A stretch of DNA of 64,000 bases from a virus. Below the pieces are notes generated by a model that had not been told where the DNA came from, did not search any database, and saw only the letters and a program-made list of their open reading frames with translations. Each line of letters begins with the position of its first letter. The first letter of the stretch is position 1. Shown here piece after piece: positions 18,885-28,121 of the stretch. The position numbers were made by a program, and so were the translations under genes. The stretch lies in the IMG/VR virus record IMGVR_UViG_3300043112_000040; one strand, 5' to 3'.

Positions 18885-19428
18885 TCCCCCAACAATCCCA
18901 ACCAACTGTTTTATTTCGGGCAAATAATTCGATTCTAGGCAAATCTCCAACAAGTTCCACAATTCTATCCCGAACAACCTGTGGCTTTTTTGAATGTTTT
19001 TCAATTGGAGTATCTACTACAGAATGAACTCCCGCATTAATTCTTTTTGGCTTTCCTCTAGTACCCATTAGACACAATTCAGCATTTGCTCTTGTCCACC
19101 TACCCATTCCCCAAAACCACGAATCTGATTTTTTATTCTTTTTAACCCATGTAAATGCACAAGTTTTATATTCAAACCCCCATTTATCAAAAAGTTCCCA
19201 ACATTCATTTAATTTAGGCATTGTAACCCATAGAAATAAAATTGAATTATCAGACGCAATTTGTTTTACGGGCAGATTATCAATCCATTCTTTAGATTGT
19301 ACTACATATTTACACCCTGCCCCCCTATTTCCTGCAAGGGCTTTATCTCTATAACTCCACGGCGGGTCAGCATAAATAATATCATACTTTTTGTCAAGCG
19401 GAAAATCAACATATTCAAAAGTATTCAT
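18874..19428 (-). CDS. MT-A70 family adenine methyltransferase
   Basis: IIYADPPW, FLWVT, AFTWVK, HSKKP, RIELFAR. Confidence 0.9.
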   Translation of the reverse strand: MNTFEYVDFPLDKKYDIIYADPPWSYRDKALAGNRGAGCKYVVQSKEWIDNLPVKQIASDNSILFLWVTMPKLNECWELFDKWGFEYKTCAFTWVKKNKKSDSWFWGMGRWTRANAELCLMGTRGKPKRINAGVHSVVDTPIEKHSKKPQVVRDRIVELVGDLPRIELFARNKTVGWDCWGNEI

Positions 19429-19444
19429 TTCAATCTAAACTCCT

Positions 19445-20350
19445 TTATTTCTTTAAGTATTTATCCAAAGCCCATTCTGGAACTTCGTTTAAGTCAATTC
19501 CTTTTTCTTGCAGTTCTTTAATCATTTCTTGTGAGGCTTTTCTTAGTTCTGGTAAAGTACAGCCTGATATTGAATGTGCCTTTTTATCATGTTCTTCACA
19601 CAACGTAAATGCTCCGTCCATATCATTCTCAAACATCTTGCAAGTAGCAAAGGGATCGCTGTGATGTACTGTTAAATTATCTGTTGACCCGCAGATGACA
19701 CATTGATGGTTGTCCCTTTCTAGGACCATATTGCGGAAATCAGCAGGGAAAGATCGTTTTATGGTGTTTGGAGATATAACTCCTTTAGGATGTACTGTTT
19801 GATTATATGTCGGACATAATTCTTTGCACTTCTCTGAACAATATATTTTAGATTCTCCTGCTTGCTTACCATTAAGCGCATTTATTCTATTCCGTACTTG
19901 TTGATTTGTTGGAATAAAATACTTGTTACATAAAGCACACCTAACTTCTAAATATCCAGTATCTGTTTCTCTAGCATCTTCTTCAATTGTTAATTTGGGC
20001 CCATATGTTTTATATAATGCCTGTAGATTTAAGTAATATCTTCCATATTCCCGGCGACTTTCTATAGTTTTTTCTTTATTATCTAAATAATACTGTTTTT
20101 TATATTCAGATATCTCTGTTTTTTTAATTATACGATATTCTTTTTGTTTTTTGATTCTATTTTCCGTATCTGATAAATATATTTTTTTATTATATAAACT
20201 GCGGCATCTATTACAGTGGGCATGCCTTCCAAATACTCCCCCTTTCTTTTTATTAAATTCCCAATAGTATCGGAACCATCCACACTTTGTACATTCTTTC
20301 CCTCCCCATTCTCCTTCTACATAATAAATTTTTTTCCTATTATATGGCAT
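19445..20350 (-). CDS. HNH endonuclease, cassette 2 (type A nuclease domain)
   Basis: MPYN...EWGGKECTKCGWFR Zn finger, YCSEKC, RDNHQCVICG...VHH. Confidence 0.85.
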   Translation of the reverse strand: MPYNRKKIYYVEGEWGGKECTKCGWFRYYWEFNKKKGGVFGRHAHCNRCRSLYNKKIYLSDTENRIKKQKEYRIIKKTEISEYKKQYYLDNKEKTIESRREYGRYYLNLQALYKTYGPKLTIEEDARETDTGYLEVRCALCNKYFIPTNQQVRNRINALNGKQAGESKIYCSEKCKELCPTYNQTVHPKGVISPNTIKRSFPADFRNMVLERDNHQCVICGSTDNLTVHHSDPFATCKMFENDMDGAFTLCEEHDKKAHSISGCTLPELRKASQEMIKELQEKGIDLNEVPEWALDKYLKK

Positions 20351-20391
20351 ATAAATAACTCCTATAACAACACTAACAATAAAAAATCTAA

Positions 20392-20598
20392 TTACTTATT
20401 ATTTTCTCTAAACTCTTCGCACATGGATTTAAGTTGTGCCTCTAGCTTCATAAAATCTGATACTGTCTTATAAGAAAGATTGTCGAGTTTAGCATTTTGC
20501 CACGCCGAAATAGTTTGCCTTGTTCTATTAAACATAAAAGCAAGGGCGGCTTGAGTAAGATAGTTTTTTATTGTTGGCGTTGCCTCGTTTAAAGTCAT
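20392..20598 (-). CDS. Small HTH protein (cassette family A)
   Basis: QAALAFMFNRTRQTISAW; paralog of 7671 and 57524. Confidence 0.75.
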   Translation of the reverse strand: MTLNEATPTIKNYLTQAALAFMFNRTRQTISAWQNAKLDNLSYKTVSDFMKLEAQLKSMCEEFRENNK

Positions 20599-20621
20599 GA
20601 AATCCTCCATGTGATATTCGT

Positions 20622-20650
20622 ATTATAACAAAATCAAATACAAATGTCAA
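20622..20650 (-). promoter_or_regulatory. sigma70 promoter of cassette 2
   Basis: TTGACA-N17-TATAAT. Confidence 0.8.
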
Positions 20651-20674
20651 GTCTTTTTTTTATTATTTGTAAAA

Positions 20675-23266
20675 TTATTTAGTAGGAACCCATATTCCAT
20701 TCTCATCTCGGTTCCACCCTTCGACATCGTACCAGCTTCCGCCAACGGGACTTACTTCGGTATCAACAGTCAAAGGAATATCACACCATGTATATTTTTC
20801 ATTAAGCCTATCTGTCATAATCCAATGTCCGTGTTCTAGTACCTCTTGTAATTCCTCATCTTTGACTATATGCACTATGTCATCATGGATTTGAAAAGCC
20901 AGATAACTGTCTAATTTATTTGATCTAAACCACTCATCCAATGCTACATACGAGTCCAATACAATCTGAAATCCCAAGCCCTGGGCCGGGGAGTTGATAA
21001 CTTGATTGGGTGTAATCCATCCTCCTCTACGGAATCCAAATGGATTGGAAATAAAGCCTTTCTCAAAGTATTCTTGTTCCTTAGTTGATTGATAATCATG
21101 GAAAACAGAGAATCTCTCCCACATTTCCTCTGCTTTCTCAATACAGTGATCTCTTAAATCAAAGTAGTTCTTGATGCCATTGATAGCATAATGTTCTTTA
21201 AGTGTAAACCCATCTCCGGTTATTAAATGTTCCCATTGCTCCATGATACGCTTTGCGCTAGATGAAGGATACCCTTTATAGAATAATAGGAAAGTCCACG
21301 CTAACTTTGTGAATTGTCTAATCTTTTTAGTAACTTGCTCATCATTCATCATGTAGGCCAGTTTAGCATTATCGTGGTGTGGGTCTGCTCCATCCCTAAT
21401 ATATTGCTTTAGAACTGGATCATTAGAACAAAGGGCATTAGTTGAAACCTCCACGCTACCTAAATCTCGACAAACAAATCTATACCCCTCTGGTGCTTTA
21501 AACGCTTTTCTGACACGCTTAGTTAATTCTTTTCGTTTAGGGATTTGTTGAATATTTACTACACCAAAAGCATTAGACCTACCAGAACGTGCGTGAGAAA
21601 TCCCGATCTCAGGATATATTCTACCATTTAAGTGAGAATGAAGAATTTTTGATACAAAATCATTTCTGTGTTTTTCGACTGTCTTAGCATACAACAAGTC
21701 GTCGATGAAGTCAATTTGTAATTCTTGTAATGCTTCCTTTGTTGCCTGTCCCTTACCTGTAGGTGTTTTTCGCAAAGGCTCAATATCCATAAACTCATAA
21801 ACAAGCCTAGCAATCTCATTGTTATTAGTGATTTCTAAATCTTGACCTGTCTTCTTTTTATAGAGTCTTCCTGCATCTGAATCATGTACTTTTTTGATAT
21901 ATTCATCTCTTAGATCATAAAGATACTTTTCTTCTTCTCTCAAAAAGTCTACATCAATATCGATACCCTTTCTATGGGAACGACAAAGGGCTTTATATCC
22001 TGCTTGATATAAGTCAGCACACTCTCTTTGTTTTGATTTACGCTTGGTATAGTATTTTAGTTCTTTGTAAATGTCCTGATACAGCCAGTATCCACCAAGG
22101 GTATCAATGCCGTTGTATAGTAAAAGTTTATTTGTGGGGCATTTATGGATTTGGTTATATGAGTTTATATCAGGTGGAATCAGAAAATGCGATGTTTCCC
22201 CATCATATTCCTCAATACCATATCTAATAGACAACTGATATTTTAATCCTTTTGTGCCGGGAGTAACATCAAGTTGGTGACACGCAACCATTGTATCGAA
22301 ATAGTTATCTACATCAACACCATAATAGTTTGCATCGTAGTTGTACTCCAACGCCATGTTATGTACTACTTTTAATATAGTAGGTCTGGAAATAATTTTA
22401 CACCATAATTCTTTAATATGGTGTAGTTGTTTTCTTGTGAACATCCCTTTTCTGTCATAAGGAAATGCCCATACAATATCAGGAGAATCTGTTACTGCAA
22501 TGGTTTCAACTCTGATTTCTGGAAGAAAACTAGAAGCAGTATTTGTTTCGTAGTCATATGCTATAACTTCTTTATTCCTTTCCAGAATCCCTTCCAGCAT
22601 AGAAACAATATCATTATAGTTTGTGAGAATTTGTACTTTTGATTGAACATTATGATAGTCTGGCATTTCCTTTTCATTAAAAGAAATCACATTGGCAACC
22701 ATTCTTTTGAAGAAAGCCATGTAATACTTATCATCATAAAGAGTATTACCATAATCATCTTCTAGTAATAGAGAAGCAGGATGGGGGAGTGCTCCTACCC
22801 AACAATTATGTTTATAATCAGGATATACCTTTCCTTGATATGCTTCAATATTAACATCAGACATTCTACCCTTGGCAATCTGATTCAAAGCAACAGAACC
22901 CAAACAAATAATAAGTTCTGGCTTTAGTTTTTTGATTACCCTTTCAACTCTAGGGTAACAGTGCTGCGCGTCCTTGTCAGTTCTAATCTTTGTTCTATTT
23001 GTTTTGCAACCCAAAGCACTCACAATCCAACAATCTCTCTCTAAATCAATTCCAACCTCTTTCAGTTCTTTTCTTAGTATATTGGTTGCCTCTCCCACAA
23101 ACAAATCACCGGACTTGTCTTGAGCAGAAGAGGGAGCCTTGGAGAGCAACAGAATCTTCTTTCTGCCCTCTCCCTGAAATCCCATGCGCGGATTGGTGGA
23201 CTTCTTGAAAAGACCACACTTACCACACTGAGGATTGTTATTTTGAATTGTTGTAAAGAATCCCAT
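20675..23266 (-). CDS. polA: Family A DNA polymerase with N-terminal uracil-DNA-glycosylase-like domain and 3'-5' exonuclease
   Basis: N-terminal CGKC...C...C and HPA (family 4 UDG-like); exonuclease DYE, HN, YNGID; polymerase NIQQIP, DLGSVE, K..FLLFY, QIHDD. Confidence 0.93.
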   Translation of the reverse strand: MGFFTTIQNNNPQCGKCGLFKKSTNPRMGFQGEGRKKILLLSKAPSSAQDKSGDLFVGEATNILRKELKEVGIDLERDCWIVSALGCKTNRTKIRTDKDAQHCYPRVERVIKKLKPELIICLGSVALNQIAKGRMSDVNIEAYQGKVYPDYKHNCWVGALPHPASLLLEDDYGNTLYDDKYYMAFFKRMVANVISFNEKEMPDYHNVQSKVQILTNYNDIVSMLEGILERNKEVIAYDYETNTASSFLPEIRVETIAVTDSPDIVWAFPYDRKGMFTRKQLHHIKELWCKIISRPTILKVVHNMALEYNYDANYYGVDVDNYFDTMVACHQLDVTPGTKGLKYQLSIRYGIEEYDGETSHFLIPPDINSYNQIHKCPTNKLLLYNGIDTLGGYWLYQDIYKELKYYTKRKSKQRECADLYQAGYKALCRSHRKGIDIDVDFLREEEKYLYDLRDEYIKKVHDSDAGRLYKKKTGQDLEITNNNEIARLVYEFMDIEPLRKTPTGKGQATKEALQELQIDFIDDLLYAKTVEKHRNDFVSKILHSHLNGRIYPEIGISHARSGRSNAFGVVNIQQIPKRKELTKRVRKAFKAPEGYRFVCRDLGSVEVSTNALCSNDPVLKQYIRDGADPHHDNAKLAYMMNDEQVTKKIRQFTKLAWTFLLFYKGYPSSSAKRIMEQWEHLITGDGFTLKEHYAINGIKNYFDLRDHCIEKAEEMWERFSVFHDYQSTKEQEYFEKGFISNPFGFRRGGWITPNQVINSPAQGLGFQIVLDSYVALDEWFRSNKLDSYLAFQIHDDIVHIVKDEELQEVLEHGHWIMTDRLNEKYTWCDIPLTVDTEVSPVGGSWYDVEGWNRDENGIWVPTK

Positions 23267-23268
23267 GA

Positions 23269-23490
23269 TTATTTGATATGTTTAATATGCTTAACAGGAG
23301 GAATAGGATAGTAACAACCAATAATTTTGGCACATCTGTTAAATAAATTATTAATATTTTTCCAATTTAAATAGGTATTACATCTTTTTTGTGCTAACTT
23401 TAAATAATTATATGCAACCGTGTAGTGTTCTTTGGTTTCACAAGAATCATAAATCTTCTGACATTTAATTACCAATGCTGCTTCATTCAT
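23269..23490 (-). CDS. Hypothetical protein
   Basis: ORF with RBS. Confidence 0.5.
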   Translation of the reverse strand: MNEAALVIKCQKIYDSCETKEHYTVAYNYLKLAQKRCNTYLNWKNINNLFNRCAKIIGCYYPIPPVKHIKHIK

Positions 23491-23492
23491 AA

Positions 23493-23723
23493 TTACTCCT
23501 TCTCCAATTTCTTTGCCAATTCAATAATAAATTGTTTTGGCAATTCTAATTCTCTATATTGTTCCCATCCATCTTCTGTATATTGAATAAAACTCCAATC
23601 AGAGTTTTCGATAAAATCTGAAACCTTGATTTGAAAATCATCACCATAATAAGTATATGCTGTTTCCCACATCACTATCTCCAAATTTTTAAAATGGGAA
23701 ATCCATTTGGATGGGTATTCCAT
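23493..23723 (-). CDS. Hypothetical protein
   Basis: ORF in the operon. Confidence 0.5.
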   Translation of the reverse strand: MEYPSKWISHFKNLEIVMWETAYTYYGDDFQIKVSDFIENSDWSFIQYTEDGWEQYRELELPKQFIIELAKKLEKE

Positions 23724-23917
23724 GTGTCAGAACTTGTATCCTGATTTACCAGCTTTCCCGTGATTACATAATAAAATTCATTTGATTTGTAGTTATATAT
23801 TTCGTCAAATTCTTCTGAAATTTCAAACATAAACTCACTATTTGTATTAAATTCAATAGTGTCATAATATTTTCCACTCCGTTTAAAACGCCAGATTTCC
23901 ATTTGGTATTTATACAT
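23675..23917 (-). CDS. Hypothetical protein
   Basis: ORF in the operon (FKRSGKYY motif). Confidence 0.55.
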   Translation of the reverse strand: MYKYQMEIWRFKRSGKYYDTIEFNTNSEFMFEISEEFDEIYNYKSNEFYYVITGKLVNQDTSSDTWNTHPNGFPILKIWR

Positions 23918-23920
23918 AAC

Positions 23921-24424
23921 TTAATCCCACCATCCCTTACAATATTTAAGAGTATCAAACAAAACTTCAATATCCTGCTTTTCCAACATTCTTTTATGTT
24001 CCAAACACCTTCGACATTCTTTTCTTTCTTGTTCTACTTCATTTTTGGTGTTGGCATTTGGCCTATGAAAAATCATCTGACAGGTATTTTCACTATATTC
24101 TTCAAACCAAGTTCTGAGTTCTCCCCATTTTCTATCGTGATGTTTGAAGGCATTTTCGTGGTATTCATCCGCAATAATTCTATTCAAACACTCAATACAA
24201 ATGGTCATTCTCTTAACGTCTTTTTCATATCCAACATGAGTTTTGTTATCATCAATCACCTTTCTAAGATCAGTGAGGCTCTTTTTAAGAACAATCAAGG
24301 TGTAGTGGGAATCCCAATTTCTATGATTCCAAATAACAGGAAACCAAGAAATAAGGTTGCTAACTCCATAAGGAAAATCATAGCGGAAAAAGTCATAAAT
24401 TTTAGTAATCCATTTCATCTTCAC
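23921..24424 (-). CDS. Conserved phage hypothetical protein
   Basis: NLISWFPVIWNHRNWD...KGWWD pattern. Confidence 0.65.
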   Translation of the reverse strand: MKMKWITKIYDFFRYDFPYGVSNLISWFPVIWNHRNWDSHYTLIVLKKSLTDLRKVIDDNKTHVGYEKDVKRMTICIECLNRIIADEYHENAFKHHDRKWGELRTWFEEYSENTCQMIFHRPNANTKNEVEQERKECRRCLEHKRMLEKQDIEVLFDTLKYCKGWWD

Positions 24425-24690
24425 TTCAACCCCATCTCCTTCAACAATTTATCCTGTCCATAAATCAAAATAAACTGCCTTGCGTGTTGCTCGTTAAGGT
24501 GTTCAACTGACATTACCCGTTCCAGAAGTTGAGTGTTACACCAGTCTTTATTTTTAGTCAAGTAAAAAGTTGGTGGATGAATTAGTTCTGAAACTTCATT
24601 CGCAATTCGGGAATCAAGAACATTTAATTCCTGGACAATTTTGAAATTCTTTCGGGATAAAGTAGATAAACGCCGTTGGTAAAAGTTCAT
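24421..24690 (-). CDS. Hypothetical protein
   Basis: ATGA overlap with the neighbour. Confidence 0.55.
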   Translation of the reverse strand: MNFYQRRLSTLSRKNFKIVQELNVLDSRIANEVSELIHPPTFYLTKNKDWCNTQLLERVMSVEHLNEQHARQFILIYGQDKLLKEMGLK

Positions 24691-24692
24691 AA

Positions 24693-24989
24693 TTATTTAT
24701 AACAATCCTCAGCAAGCCTCTTATAACGCAGGGATTTAGCAATAAACTTACATCGCCTAAAATCCCCCACATCCAATTGACTTGCCATATTCATAAGATA
24801 CCACGCCACATTAAGATATTTATTCTTTTTACTAATATCCTTAGTAATTGTTTTTGCAGCAATAGCAATTATATCAGTTGTTTCTTTTCCTAGAAAAATC
24901 ATTTCTTCTGTATTTCTGTATTCTAAATTATCCAAAAAAGATTTAAACTGCTCATAATAATTATTCATTACTATTCTCCTTCTCCTCAA
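24693..24989 (-). CDS. Hypothetical protein
   Basis: ORF in the operon; start uncertain. Confidence 0.5.
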   Translation of the reverse strand: MRRRRIVMNNYYEQFKSFLDNLEYRNTEEMIFLGKETTDIIAIAAKTITKDISKKNKYLNVAWYLMNMASQLDVGDFRRCKFIAKSLRYKRLAEDCYK

Positions 24990-25151
24990 ATCTACATTCT
25001 TTCAAACTACATCTATGAACATCAAGCATTGTTCCATCTATAATCCAAGGAAATAAATAACTTGCTGGTTGAGATTCTGTTATCATATATTTACAAATTG
25101 GACACTTCATAGTTTTAATCTTCTGTGGCTTTTGTTTTTCTTGCATTATTT

Positions 25152-25406
25152 TTACTCTTTTGGCTCCCATTCTTCCGAATACTGATAACAATTGGCACAT
25201 CGGGGACTAAACTCACTAAACATTCCCTCAATACAAGTGCTACATAGAGTTGGAAAAATATCTTCATCCATTAGTGCTTTCATAATCTCTTCTTCTGACT
25301 GCTCTATTTCAATCGGTTCCCAATCAGAATAATTTCTACAAAAATCACATTCCAGATGATTAATAAATTTCATATGACAACAAGTCGAACAATCTTTTTT
25401 AAACAC
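25152..25406 (-). CDS. Small Cys-rich protein
   Basis: Two CxxC...CxxC repeats. Confidence 0.55.
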   Translation of the reverse strand: MFKKDCSTCCHMKFINHLECDFCRNYSDWEPIEIEQSEEEIMKALMDEDIFPTLCSTCIEGMFSEFSPRCANCYQYSEEWEPKE

Positions 25407-25408
25407 AA

Positions 25409-26305
25409 TTATCCCCTCAATTTAGGATTCTTTCCATCCATAATAATCAACTCTATGCATAATCCAACGAAGTTAATCACCTTGTCAATCACAGTCTCAT
25501 TTCTAGCATACCATTCTGAAACTGTCAAGCACTTTTCAAGTTGATTTGAAGCCACAAAAGCATCAATAAACATTCGATAATATAAATCAAAATTAACGAT
25601 AGTTTCAGACAATCTAAGAATTGATTCTACATCCCCTTTCTGTATATATTTAGCAAGTCTACTGAAATTATACTCAAAATCTGAAACATCTTCTTGTAGT
25701 GATAATCTACCACTAACTGATGAATATTCAAGGAGATTTATACAAGAGCGAATATCTGGATAGGTTAATTCAACAACCTTCTTAATTGTCTCATTATCAT
25801 ATTCAACCTCTTCCTTGTCCAAAATACTCTTGCACAGACTGATACAAGACCTTTTAGGAAATTGTTCAAATGATAGCGCAATACACCGACTTTTAATCGC
25901 TTTAGTGAATTTATAAACACTGTTTCCTGTAAAAATAAATCTAGTAGTGTCGTGGTACTTCTCAATGGTCGTCTTTAGGGCATCCTGAGCTTCTGGTGTT
26001 AATCCGTCTGCCTCATCTATGAAGACCACGTTGATATTTTTTGAGTATGAACACGCAAAATCCACAACCTTTGTCTTCATGGTTTCAATTCCCCTGTCTT
26101 TTGAACTGCCATTTAGTTCTAGGACCGTGCAGGGAATTTTGGATGTAATAATCTTGGCAATGGTTGTCTTTCCGCTTCCGGGGTTTCCCACTAGAAGTAG
26201 ATTTGGAATTTCCTGTTTAGATATGATTGAATTTAGATAATCTCGTGTATCTTTTTTGAGAGATAACTCATTAAACTCTGTTGGTCTGTGTTTGGAGAAC
26301 CACAT
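25409..26305 (-). CDS. Clamp loader subunit (RFC small / T4 gp44-like AAA+)
   Basis: KHRP, GNPGSGKTT, FIDEAD, SRC motifs. Confidence 0.9.
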   Translation of the reverse strand: MWFSKHRPTEFNELSLKKDTRDYLNSIISKQEIPNLLLVGNPGSGKTTIAKIITSKIPCTVLELNGSSKDRGIETMKTKVVDFACSYSKNINVVFIDEADGLTPEAQDALKTTIEKYHDTTRFIFTGNSVYKFTKAIKSRCIALSFEQFPKRSCISLCKSILDKEEVEYDNETIKKVVELTYPDIRSCINLLEYSSVSGRLSLQEDVSDFEYNFSRLAKYIQKGDVESILRLSETIVNFDLYYRMFIDAFVASNQLEKCLTVSEWYARNETVIDKVINFVGLCIELIIMDGKNPKLRG

Positions 26306-26605
26306 TTAATAATCAATTCCTTTAACCAAATCATCATTATGGTCTTTCATCAAATCCATAGGTTCAGGGATATCTCTAGGTTTTCCCTGAGACTTAACAG
26401 CATACGGTTTTTCACACTCATAAAAAACTTTTAAAATTTCATCCGCATATTCTCCAACAGGAACATTATCTTCCCAATTATTCCTCCATGAATGAAGAAG
26501 AGAACCTGCCCACCAAAGACGATAATAAGAACATCTTTCGCAGGAACCATCACCTTCCATTCCGTTCATAAATTCACAGGTATCACATGGATTATGTATA
26601 TTCAT
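26306..26605 (-). CDS. Hypothetical protein
   Basis: ORF in the operon. Confidence 0.5.
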   Translation of the reverse strand: MNIHNPCDTCEFMNGMEGDGSCERCSYYRLWWAGSLLHSWRNNWEDNVPVGEYADEILKVFYECEKPYAVKSQGKPRDIPEPMDLMKDHNDDLVKGIDY

Positions 26606-26608
26606 ATT

Positions 26609-27271
26609 CTACTCCACTACAGTTTTAATAGCATAAAAAACATCATCAGTAGTTACCATAATAGCATCCGTAACTGAATCACTAAACTTGATATTAAGCT
26701 CCTGCGACTTCTTCAAAACATTCACAAGAGTTTCCTTGTTCACTCGCATCTCAATACCTTCATCAAGTCCGGTTTCAATCTCATAAGAAATCATATGCTC
26801 ATTATCGGTTCCAGCATGAATACCAACACTATCAAACTTAACAGAACTAGCTTGAGTGGTAGCAAGAAGATTCTGAATAATACCCTTGGTTTCCTTGTCA
26901 ATATAACACCGCTTGTCAAACATAGAAACCATCTTGAAAGGATCAATCTCCATTTCAGGACGAGTAGAAACCCACCTTGGCGAAATGGCCTTATATTCAA
27001 GAGTTCCTTTTCCCTTGATAATAATGCGGTCTGTGAAGGTAATATCTACTTCATCCTGGCCTTTCAGATAATTACAAATAGAATTGATGTTTAGTCCAAG
27101 AGGTTCTTCTTGACTCCAAAATTCTTCATACATGCCAAAAACAATCAAATCGTTGTCGTTAGCCAGAATATACATCTGTTCATCTTTTTCTTCAATAACA
27201 ATTTCTTCAATGCGTTTGGTGAATTGAAACCGCTTGAGAAAAAACATAAGGTCTTGTGCGTTGATTTTCAT
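26609..27271 (-). CDS. Putative sliding clamp (gp45/PCNA-like)
   Basis: 220 aa acidic alpha/beta pattern near the clamp loader; inferred from size and context. Confidence 0.45.
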   Translation of the reverse strand: MKINAQDLMFFLKRFQFTKRIEEIVIEEKDEQMYILANDNDLIVFGMYEEFWSQEEPLGLNINSICNYLKGQDEVDITFTDRIIIKGKGTLEYKAISPRWVSTRPEMEIDPFKMVSMFDKRCYIDKETKGIIQNLLATTQASSVKFDSVGIHAGTDNEHMISYEIETGLDEGIEMRVNKETLVNVLKKSQELNIKFSDSVTDAIMVTTDDVFYAIKTVVE

Positions 27272-27274
27272 AAT

Positions 27275-27583
27275 CTAATTTTGCTCCATTTCTTCAACTT
27301 CATATACTTTTAAAACAAGTTTTTTGCCAATAATTTTACCTAAGTTTTCAACAAATTCTTTTTCAAAAACAGCATCGTTTTCTATTTCCGAATCGCCAGA
27401 AAAATCATAATCAAGTTCATGAACAGTATCGTCCAGTAAAACACCCAACTCCGAAAAAATTTGAGAAATCTTAGGAAAACGCTTAATCACGGCCCCCTCA
27501 TTAGCCACATTTTGAATACATTCCAGCATTTGAAAATGGCAATAATTCCAATGCCCTCCACTCATTTTAGCCTTCCCCTTCAA
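27275..27583 (-). CDS. Hypothetical protein
   Basis: MSGGHWNY motif; start probably ~27565. Confidence 0.6.
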   Translation of the reverse strand: MKGKAKMSGGHWNYCHFQMLECIQNVANEGAVIKRFPKISQIFSELGVLLDDTVHELDYDFSGDSEIENDAVFEKEFVENLGKIIGKKLVLKVYEVEEMEQN

Positions 27584-28121
27584 TATACATTTGATATTTG
27601 TTATAGAAATCCTCAGTTGTTCCCCTGCCCAAATGAGTGTTATAGTATTTCTTCCACACCCAAGCCAACTCCCACGGTTCGTTCTTTATTCTATACAATC
27701 TATTTCCAAGTTTGTCAACATAATAAATCAAGGCCAAAAGTGCTTGAAACTCAACTATACTTTGTAGTTGTTTTGAATTATAATAACTAACATACTTATC
27801 GTAAACTCGCTTAAACACTTTCATCTTAGGCTTAAATAAAACTCTGTTAACAATGTCTTTCTTTGTATGTTTATTAATCTGAAACAATCCCCTATCATGT
27901 AACTGATTGCCAAAATTTCTGCCGAGGTCCGTTTCAACTGCTGCCGTTCCTAATAGCAAGTTTACAAGGGTTTGATTCTGATTTGGGTCAATTTGTGTTT
28001 GCACCATAACAGAATGGACCGCTCTTGTCAACACTTTTATATCAATCGGCTCGTTAGGAGGATGATAAGTTGCTGGCAAGAGGATAGTTGTTGTTAAGAA
28101 TAGGGATATTAGTGTGTTCAC
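27567..28121 (-). CDS. Lysozyme/transglycosylase-like protein with N-terminal signal peptide
   Basis: Hydrophobic N-terminus; LLGTAAVET...GLFQI resembles the lysozyme-fold catalytic Glu and GxxQ motif. Confidence 0.55.
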   Translation of the reverse strand: MNTLISLFLTTTILLPATYHPPNEPIDIKVLTRAVHSVMVQTQIDPNQNQTLVNLLLGTAAVETDLGRNFGNQLHDRGLFQINKHTKKDIVNRVLFKPKMKVFKRVYDKYVSYYNSKQLQSIVEFQALLALIYYVDKLGNRLYRIKNEPWELAWVWKKYYNTHLGRGTTEDFYNKYQMYIEGEG

